The position numbers and the translations under genes were made by a program. A stretch of DNA of 64,000 nt from Gammaproteobacteria bacterium (GTDB lineage: Bacteria; Pseudomonadota; Gammaproteobacteria; UBA4575): the NCBI GenBank assembly GCA_965243395.1, contig CBDEUS010000001.1:384001-448000 (forward strand). The letters are read 5' to 3'. Shown here in pieces: positions 56,957 to 64,000 of this stretch (positions are counted from its first letter, which is position 1; the number at the start of each line of letters is the position of its first letter). The notes under the pieces were generated by a model, which was not told the DNA's origin, did no database searches, and saw nothing but the letters and a program-made list of their open reading frames with translations.

Positions 56957-57180
56957 AATTCCTTAGCTAAACAATGATTTAGTCCGTGTTTATATGGGGC
57001 GAAATATTTCCTACTTAAGTGTATAGATTTAAAGGCTTTTGAACTGTGATTTACCTTGCGACTTGTCTTTTAATTGTGGAGTTTTATCCGGAATGAGGAC
57101 TTAAAATTGATGATTACAACCAATAATGTGACGGTGTTGGCAATATGCGCCATCTCGCCATTCGAAGTTAAGACTGTGCT

Positions 57181-58236
57181 TCAGTAGCTTATTAAACTTT
57201 TAGCATCTTGCCCCGGCATTTCTCTAGCCAGCTTAGGAACCATATAACCAGGTAGTCGTTTAGCTACTTCACGCATTAATTTTTGCGCATGGGTTTCACT
57301 CACTTCAAAATGTGCGGCACCTTCAACTTTGTCTAGTGTGTGTAAGTAATAAGGAAGAATATTGTTGGCGAATAGCGCTTCACTTAGAGTTATTAAGGAT
57401 GCGCTGTCATCATTTATATTTTTTAACAAAACGCTTTGATTTAACAATGTACATTGCATTTTAACTAATTGTTGAATTTTGCTTGTAAATTCCTGGTTTA
57501 TTTCTTGTGCATGATTGATATGCAGCACCACAATAATTTTCAGTCTTGAATGAGTGATCCAATCTAGTAATTCATCGCAAACCCGATTTGGTATAACTAC
57601 AGGAAGTCGTGTATGAATTCTCAATCTTTTTATGTGATTGATTGCTTCAATTTTTTTAACCAAAGTTTTCAATTCTGAATCACTTAAAACTAATGGATCC
57701 CCGCCACTAAGAATAACTTCGTGAATGCTGGTATTTCTTTCCAACTCATTTAAAGCTTGTTGCCATGCATCATATCTGGGGTTTTGTTCAGAGTAAGGAA
57801 AATGTCTACGAAAACAATAACGACAATGTATTGCGCATCGACTCGTTGCCAATAACAATGCGCGACCATCGTATTTTTGTAATAGTCCTGTAGATGTAAC
57901 GCTTTGCAAATCTCCTACTGGATCTTTAGTAAACCCTTTTACGATTTGTTGTTCGTTTATTGAGGGTAGTATTTGCAATAACAGGGGGTCATTCGGATTA
58001 GACCTCTCCATACGTTGTATGTAACTTTTAGGAACACGCAAAGAGAATTGTTTATGAGACGATAAACTGATGGGTAATTGATCAGGTCTTAGATTAAGTA
58101 ACCTGCATAATTCATCAATGTCAGTAACAGAAGATTTATATTCGCGTTGCCAATTTGTTAGTTTATTTTCTTTTCTAACAGATAAAGTTGTTGGTTCTGA
58201 GAAAGTACAATCTCGTGTTAGACTAGCGTTGTTCAT
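57181..58236 (-). CDS. epmB: EF-P beta-lysylation lysine 2,3-aminomutase (radical SAM)
   Basis: CAIHCRYCFRRHFPY, LSGGDPL and GAAHF; divergent from efp. Confidence 0.93.
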   Translation of the reverse strand: MNNASLTRDCTFSEPTTLSVRKENKLTNWQREYKSSVTDIDELCRLLNLRPDQLPISLSSHKQFSLRVPKSYIQRMERSNPNDPLLLQILPSINEQQIVKGFTKDPVGDLQSVTSTGLLQKYDGRALLLATSRCAIHCRYCFRRHFPYSEQNPRYDAWQQALNELERNTSIHEVILSGGDPLVLSDSELKTLVKKIEAINHIKRLRIHTRLPVVIPNRVCDELLDWITHSRLKIIVVLHINHAQEINQEFTSKIQQLVKMQCTLLNQSVLLKNINDDSASLITLSEALFANNILPYYLHTLDKVEGAAHFEVSETHAQKLMREVAKRLPGYMVPKLAREMPGQDAKSLISY

Positions 58237-58269
58237 GGTACTAATAAATTTATAACTAATTAAATTAAT

Positions 58270-58839
58270 ATGGCAAGTTACAATACTAATGAATTTAGAG
58301 CAGGCTTAAAGCTAAATTTAGATGGTGAGCCTTATTCCATCATTGAAAATGAATTTGTAAAACCGGGTAAAGGTCAGGCATTTAATCGGGTGAAGGTTCG
58401 AAACCTTAAAACCGGGAGAGTGGTGGATCGTACTTTTAAGTCGGGTGAGTCTGTAGAAGCTGCTGACGTAATGGATACCGATATGCAATATTTGTATAAC
58501 GATGGAGAAGAGTGGCATTTCATGGAGCCAAATTCTTATGAGCAGTTTGCCGTAACTAAAGAGGCTATGGGTGATGCGGCACAATGGCTTAAAGGACAGG
58601 AAGAATGTGTGGTAACGCTTTTAGATGGTCAACCTCTATCCGTAACCGTGCCAAATTTTGTTGAATTGCAGATTGCAGAAACGGACCCGGGTGTACGTGG
58701 TGATACCGCTACGGGAGGCACTAAACCAGCAACCTTAGAGACTGGAGCAGTCGTAAAAGTACCATTATTTATCGAGGAAGGAGAAGTTCTGCGCATAGAC
58801 ACCAGGAGTGGTGAATATGTCTCGCGGGTTAAGGAATAA
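58270..58839 (+). CDS. efp: Elongation factor P
   Basis: VKPGKGQAF (Lys34 type), [12 protein letters not shown] and DTRSGEY. Confidence 0.97.
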   Translation: MASYNTNEFRAGLKLNLDGEPYSIIENEFVKPGKGQAFNRVKVRNLKTGRVVDRTFKSGESVEAADVMDTDMQYLYNDGEEWHFMEPNSYEQFAVTKEAMGDAAQWLKGQEECVVTLLDGQPLSVTVPNFVELQIAETDPGVRGDTATGGTKPATLETGAVVKVPLFIEEGEVLRIDTRSGEYVSRVKE

Positions 58840-58852
58840 TTTTAAGTTTGTT

Positions 58853-59785
58853 ATGAGTTGGCAGCCCCGTGCATCGTTAAATGCCATTGAAGCTCGCGCT
58901 GAACTATTTGTAAAAATCCGTGAATTTTTTCGCGCCAAGAATGTACTTGAAGTAGAAACACCAATTCTTAATTCCTATACCGTTACGGATCAGCAAATAG
59001 AAAGTATTGCGACTGAGCATTCAATGTATTTACATACATCGCCCGAGTATGCGATGAAAAGATTGTTGGCTTTTTATCAACGCGATATATATCAAGTTTG
59101 TAAAGTCTTTCGAGCCGCTGAAAAGGGGGCGTATCATCATAGTGAATTCACTATGTTGGAATGGTATAGGCTAACTTGGAGTTATAAGGATTTAATGCAA
59201 GAAGTGACAGAGTTAGTGAAAACATTGCTATGTAATTCAGGTGAATCATTTGAAACGCAACAAATTAGTTATCAGCAGGCTTTTAAAAGTTACCTAAATA
59301 TTGACGTGCAAACAGCTAGTCAAGCAGACTATTTGCAAGTATGTGCAGATCACTCAGTTAAATTAAATACTGTTTTAAACGTTCAGCAATATCAAGAATT
59401 TGTTCTGGGCCAAATTATTGTTCCAAAGTTACAGCAAAATTGCTTGGTATTTATATATGACTACCCAGTTGAACAAGCAGCTTTGGCTCGGATTAACTCT
59501 GAAGCTTGTGCAGAGCGCTTTGAGCTATATTTCAATGGCATTGAATTGGCAAATGGTTTTCAAGAGCTCACGGATGCAAAAGAGCAAGAGTTACGTTTTG
59601 AAGAGGATAATCGTAAGCGATTACAAGCAAATAAAAATGCAATCGATATAGATAAAAATTTTATTGCCGCACTAGATTCGGGTCTTCCTGAATGCGCTGG
59701 AGTTGCTTTAGGAGTAGATCGCTTGTTAATGATAATCTTGGGTGTCAAACATATAGAAGAGGTTTTATCTTTACCTGTTTCATAA
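58853..59785 (+). CDS. epmA: EF-P lysine ligase EpmA (GenX/PoxA)
   Basis: WQPRAS start at ATG 58853, LHTSPEYAMKRLL, EFTMLEWYR, ELANGF and GVALGVDRL. Confidence 0.94.
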   Translation: MSWQPRASLNAIEARAELFVKIREFFRAKNVLEVETPILNSYTVTDQQIESIATEHSMYLHTSPEYAMKRLLAFYQRDIYQVCKVFRAAEKGAYHHSEFTMLEWYRLTWSYKDLMQEVTELVKTLLCNSGESFETQQISYQQAFKSYLNIDVQTASQADYLQVCADHSVKLNTVLNVQQYQEFVLGQIIVPKLQQNCLVFIYDYPVEQAALARINSEACAERFELYFNGIELANGFQELTDAKEQELRFEEDNRKRLQANKNAIDIDKNFIAALDSGLPECAGVALGVDRLLMIILGVKHIEEVLSLPVS

Positions 59786-60634
59786 ATTCGCATCTAGGGC
59801 TTGTCCTAATGCTTGTCCCATTTTGACTTCTTGCTGAAGCTCGAAATGATCATGCCAGGAAATTTTATTACTCTCGAAGGCTACGATAACAGTGGAGCCC
59901 ATATTAAAAATACCTAATTCCTGGCCTTTTTTAAGATGCACATCAGAATATGTTTTGCGAGCAATTCGCTTTCCGTGAGGCGGGGTGACTAATCCTTCCC
60001 ATGCCATTTCAATGGCTGCAACATTAACCGCTCCCACCATCACGACTGCCATGTAACCCACTTCAGTAGAGAAAATGGAGATCACACGTTCGTTTCTACT
60101 GTATAAGCCTTTAATTACTTCAGCAGCATAAGGCGCTACACTAAATAAACGACCAGGCACATATATCATTTCTACCAATTTGCCTTCAAAGGGCATGTGT
60201 ACGCGATGATAGTTTTTCGGAGATAGATAAATAGTAGTAAAACTGCCCGAATCACATAGAGATCCGTAATTATTGTCACCACCCAATAGTTGTGACATAG
60301 AAAAATATTGTCCTTTTGCCTGAATGACTTGGTCATTCTCATATTCTTGTATTTGGCTAATGCGGCCGTCTGCGGGACAGACAATTGAACTAGTGTTTTC
60401 ATTAATTGGTCGTGCACCTTGTATTAATTTTCGTGTGAAAAAATTATTGAAGGTTGAAAATTGTTCCGGACTTTGTAATACGGAATCCCGCAAATCAACA
60501 TCAAATACGCGCATAAAAATGCGAATTGCAGGGCTAGTAAGTGGTGTTTCTAGGCGAGTTAACCAAAAAGTAAAACGCGATACTAAATGATGGGGGAATA
60601 AATGGAATAATATTCCCTTAAAGTGCTTCCACAT
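59780..60634 (-). CDS. psd: Phosphatidylserine decarboxylase
   Basis: FNNFFTR, YLSPKNYHRVHMP and the MGST autocleavage motif. Confidence 0.95.
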   Translation of the reverse strand: MWKHFKGILFHLFPHHLVSRFTFWLTRLETPLTSPAIRIFMRVFDVDLRDSVLQSPEQFSTFNNFFTRKLIQGARPINENTSSIVCPADGRISQIQEYENDQVIQAKGQYFSMSQLLGGDNNYGSLCDSGSFTTIYLSPKNYHRVHMPFEGKLVEMIYVPGRLFSVAPYAAEVIKGLYSRNERVISIFSTEVGYMAVVMVGAVNVAAIEMAWEGLVTPPHGKRIARKTYSDVHLKKGQELGIFNMGSTVIVAFESNKISWHDHFELQQEVKMGQALGQALDANL

Positions 60635-60642
60635 ATTCTTAA

Positions 60643-61317
60643 TTAACTTTGTTGTTTTCGACTATACGCTTGGCTAATTATTTTAAAATCATCAGTTATA
60701 GTTTTTGCATCATGAGGCGTGCTAAACAATGCAGCAAGCTTTCCATTAGGTGCGATCACAAAAATATGTGCACTATGATCAACTAAATAATTTTCAGTAT
60801 CACTGTTTTGAATGGAATAAATTGCGCCTAAGTTTTGTGTAAGTGTATTGATCTGATTCTCGTTTCCAGTTAGTCCGATCATTTCATTATTAAAGTGCGC
60901 CACATATTCTTTAATTTTTTCAGGCTTATCTCGTTCAGGGTCCACAGAAATAAATATGTTTTGTGCAGAAATGCTTTTATCTAGCTGATCACTTACTTGA
61001 TCCATCACACTAAGCGTAATAGGGCATATATCCGGACAGTTTGTGAAGCCAAAAAATATAAAACTCCATGTATTTTTTAGGTCTTTATTACTAAATTCCA
61101 AACCATTTTGATTTGTCATTTTGAAAGTCGGGAGCTCGCGAGGTTGTTCGAGCAGGGAAACTGCTTTTTGAAGGTTATCAATATTCGCGCTCCCACGAAA
61201 AAAATGTTGAGCGCTATAAAAAGCAATTCCTATTGTGAATGCTGCAATTGCAAAAAGAAGAATACGAATTGTACGGCCTTGTTGCATTTCTATCTTGTTA
61301 TGCATCGTGGATTTCAT
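60643..61317 (-). CDS. SCO1/SenC copper chaperone
   Basis: FGFTNCPDICP (CxxxC), VDPERD and VDHSA. Confidence 0.92.
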   Translation of the reverse strand: MKSTMHNKIEMQQGRTIRILLFAIAAFTIGIAFYSAQHFFRGSANIDNLQKAVSLLEQPRELPTFKMTNQNGLEFSNKDLKNTWSFIFFGFTNCPDICPITLSVMDQVSDQLDKSISAQNIFISVDPERDKPEKIKEYVAHFNNEMIGLTGNENQINTLTQNLGAIYSIQNSDTENYLVDHSAHIFVIAPNGKLAALFSTPHDAKTITDDFKIISQAYSRKQQS

Positions 61318-61439
61318 AGTTATAGCATCATGGGTTCATAGCTGTACGGTAAATTCATGAAGATATTATTTCACAGCTACTATGCTTGTATATCAAGCGA
61401 AGTAGATAGTTTTGTATAACATAATGTTAGAATTAGAGA

Positions 61440-62537
61440 ATGTCAGGTAATTCAATTGGTAAGCTTTTCACAGTAACTTCATTTGGGGAAAGTCATGGCA
61501 AGGCCATAGGCTGCATTGTGGATGGCTGCCCTCCTGGTTTGGCGCTTTCAGAACAAGACTTGCAAATCGACTTAGAGCGACGCCGCCCTGGGAAATCGCG
61601 TCATACCACACAACGTCGCGAGCCCGATCAGGTTGAGATCCTATCAGGTACGTTTGAAGGGCTCACTACAGGGTCGCCGATTGGCTTAATTATTTATAAC
61701 AAGGATGCACGCTCAAAAGATTATTCTGATATTAAAGATCAGTTTCGCCCTGGGCACGCTGATTACACCTATTTAAAAAAATATGGTTTACGCGACTACC
61801 GAGGAGGTGGACGCTCATCTGCGCGGGAAACTGCGATGCGCGTTGCGGCAGCAGGAATTGCACGAAAATACTTGCAAGAAAAATTTGGCATTATCATCCG
61901 CGCATACTTAGCGCAACTTGGAGAACTTTTAATTGAGCATAAAGACTGGAATGCTGTTGAGAACAATCCATTTTTTTGTCCAGACGACAGTAAAGTACCA
62001 GAATTAGAAAATTATATGGATGAATTGCGCAAGCAAGGAGATTCCGTGGGCGCACGTGTAAATGTGGTCGCCAGTGGTGTACCGGTAGGATTAGGTGAGC
62101 CAGTATTTGATCGTATTGATGCTGATATTGCACATGCAATGATGAGTATAAATGCAGTTAAAGGTGTAGAAATTGGTGCAGGATTTAAAAGTGTCGCACA
62201 AAAAGGATCGGAGCATCGTGACGAAATTACTCCTCAAGGTTTCCTTAGTAATCATGCAGGTGGCACCTTAGGTGGTATAACAAGTGGACAAGATATATTT
62301 GCCAGTGTGGCATTTAAACCTACATCAAGTATTCGTGTACCGGGTAAAACTGTAAACATAAATGGTGAAGCAACTGAGATTGTTACCAAGGGTAGACATG
62401 ACCCTTGTGTTGGAATCCGAGGTGTGCCGATTGTAGAAGCAATGTTAGCGCTCGTGCTAATGGATCATGTACTACGACATCGTGCGCAAAATACAGATGT
62501 GGAATGTGCAACCCCAGACATACCGCCTACTGTTTAA
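61440..62537 (+). CDS. aroC: Chorismate synthase
   Basis: FGESHG, RPGHAD, RSSARET and GRHDPC. Confidence 0.98.
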   Translation: MSGNSIGKLFTVTSFGESHGKAIGCIVDGCPPGLALSEQDLQIDLERRRPGKSRHTTQRREPDQVEILSGTFEGLTTGSPIGLIIYNKDARSKDYSDIKDQFRPGHADYTYLKKYGLRDYRGGGRSSARETAMRVAAAGIARKYLQEKFGIIIRAYLAQLGELLIEHKDWNAVENNPFFCPDDSKVPELENYMDELRKQGDSVGARVNVVASGVPVGLGEPVFDRIDADIAHAMMSINAVKGVEIGAGFKSVAQKGSEHRDEITPQGFLSNHAGGTLGGITSGQDIFASVAFKPTSSIRVPGKTVNINGEATEIVTKGRHDPCVGIRGVPIVEAMLALVLMDHVLRHRAQNTDVECATPDIPPTV

Positions 62538-62568
62538 ATTTACTCTAGTAGTTTAATTTCAATTTAAA

Positions 62569-63735
62569 ATGTTAAGAAAGCAGAAACTTTCTGCCGAGCG
62601 TCATTCGCTTGCGGGATTTTACTTTTTTTATTTTGCAAGCATTGGGGTTTTCCTTCCTTACTGGAATTTATATTTAAAACACCTGGATTTTTCTGCGCGA
62701 CAAATTGGCGAATTGTCTGCAGTACTTCTCGCTACAAAGATATTTGCACCTTATATTTGGGGCTGGATCGCTGATCACACAGGTAAGCGTTTGCTAGCAA
62801 TTCGTTTAGCCGCATTCATTGGTATGGCAATTTTTTCAATCGTAACGGTTATACATGGTTATTGGCCATTACTTGTAGTTTTGGCTGCATTTAGTTTTTT
62901 CTGGAATGCAACGCTACCTCAATTTGAAGCTGCAACGATGAATAACTTGGGTGATAACAAGCATATGTATAGCCGTATTCGTTTGTGGGGATCAATTGGC
63001 TTTATTGTTACAGCTTCGCTATTGGCTCCATTCATCGAACGCTTTGGTATTCAATATTTGCCATGGGTGATTTTAGTAATTTTGTTATTAACCTGGAGTA
63101 ATACACTGTTCGTGAGTGAAACTCAGCACGGAATAAAAAATACTGTAAGTTCATCAGTATTGAAAACATGTTTGAAGCCCGCAGTATTTTCTTTGTTAGT
63201 GGCATGTTTTCTCATTCAAGTAAGTCACGGGCCTTATTACACCTTCTTCAGCATCTATGCAGAAGACAATGGCTATTCGCGTACATTGATTGGGCAATTA
63301 TGGTCTCTCGGAGTCATTGCAGAAGTCGTTGTATTTTTCTATGTGCATCGTTGGCTCCCCTCAATTGGGGCTAAAACATTATTAGTAGTAGCAATGTTGT
63401 TAACCGTGATTCGCTGGTGGTTAATTGCTTTATACGTAGAATATTTACCGGTACTCATTTTTGCACAATTGTTACACGCAGCTTCTTACGGGTTATTTCA
63501 TGCTTCGGCGATACAGCTCATAGATGAATATTTTTCTGGAAGCATTCAAGGCCGTGGCCAAGCTTTGTTTTCCAGCATCAGCTTTGGGCTTGGTGGCTCG
63601 CTTGGGAGTCTCATAAGCGGGTATACTTGGAACTCAGTCGGGCCTTCCTATGTATATATATTGGCGATGTGTATTGCCTTACTCGCCATGATTCAGTTCA
63701 TATGGATTGCAAAGCCACGTTTCGGCAAGGCTTGA
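62569..63735 (+). CDS. MFS transporter (HcaT/MFS_1-like)
   Basis: Multiple TM helices, WGWIAD, YSRIRLWGSIGF and GRGQALFSS. Confidence 0.88.
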   Translation: MLRKQKLSAERHSLAGFYFFYFASIGVFLPYWNLYLKHLDFSARQIGELSAVLLATKIFAPYIWGWIADHTGKRLLAIRLAAFIGMAIFSIVTVIHGYWPLLVVLAAFSFFWNATLPQFEAATMNNLGDNKHMYSRIRLWGSIGFIVTASLLAPFIERFGIQYLPWVILVILLLTWSNTLFVSETQHGIKNTVSSSVLKTCLKPAVFSLLVACFLIQVSHGPYYTFFSIYAEDNGYSRTLIGQLWSLGVIAEVVVFFYVHRWLPSIGAKTLLVVAMLLTVIRWWLIALYVEYLPVLIFAQLLHAASYGLFHASAIQLIDEYFSGSIQGRGQALFSSISFGLGGSLGSLISGYTWNSVGPSYVYILAMCIALLAMIQFIWIAKPRFGKA

Positions 63736-63756
63736 AATTTTTAATGTTTAAAACTT

Positions 63757-64000
63757 ATGCAAAGTAAAACTCTTTACGACAAGGTATGGCAAAGTCACGT
63801 TGTGCACGAGCGCGATGATGGTATGACGTTGTTATATATTGATCGCCATTTAGTGCATGAAGTAACATCTCCACAAGCCTTTGAAGGTTTACGTTTAGCT
63901 AAGCGCAATTTGTGGCGTAAAGATTCAATCTTAGCCACTGCCGATCACAATGTTCCTACTACTGATCGTAGTGCGGGAATAGACGATATTATTTCCAAAA
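63757..64000 (+). CDS. leuC: 3-isopropylmalate dehydratase large subunit (3' end outside window)
   Basis: Translated by hand: [16 protein letters not shown]...[21 protein letters not shown]...DHNVPT. Confidence 0.95.
   Translation, partial: MQSKTLYDKVWQSHVVHERDDGMTLLYIDRHLVHEVTSPQAFEGLRLAKRNLWRKDSILATADHNVPTTDRSAGIDDIISK

Noticed and set aside
57040-57145. TGTGA half-sites upstream of fimW (possible CRP/Vfr sites)
   Set aside because: The second half-sites match TCACA poorly.
57181-59785. epmB-efp-epmA cluster, and the PPP motif of ValS in the same window
   Set aside because: Standard gammaproteobacterial EF-P beta-lysylation arrangement.
60643-61317. SCO/SenC as part of the regBA system
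   Set aside because: It lies 22 kb from regBA in an ordinary sco-psd context, and I saw no RegA box upstream.

Overview
This is an AT-rich gammaproteobacterial chromosome segment (taxonomy inferred from gene order and protein content), made up mostly of core genes. In order: frr-uppS-cdsA-dxr-rseP-bamA-skp-fabZ-lpxA, an opposite-strand gnnA-gnnB-lpxB block, rnhB-dnaE-accA-tilS-pyrG-kdsA-eno-ftsB-ispDF-yoaA-tsaB, four small genes, valS/holC/pepA, lptFG, a ~6 kb accessory insert, RDD, xerD-dsbC, an AddA-like helicase-nuclease, parE-parC-htpX, fimW-fimX, epmB/efp/epmA, psd, sco, aroC, an MFS transporter and the start of leuC. I found no rRNA, tRNA, CRISPR array, transposase or prophage. The most unusual signal is in the insert between lptG and RDD. 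A lone lipoprotein ORF is bracketed exactly by two directly repeated 32-bp imperfect palindromes (11-10-11, with a compensatory arm change and conserved spacer), and a probable decayed third copy lies just after lptG. This looks like a single-gene cassette with recombination sites that do not match attC, dif or REP. Other points: lipid A is predicted to use 2,3-diamino-glucose, LpxA has a short-chain 'ruler' residue, and lpxD is missing from its usual position; a RegA box precedes a His/Met-rich outer-membrane channel next to regBA; there is a decayed duplicate of the parE 3' end, an AddA without AddB, and a frameshifted small secreted gene. All product calls come from motif recognition and synteny by eye, not database searches.
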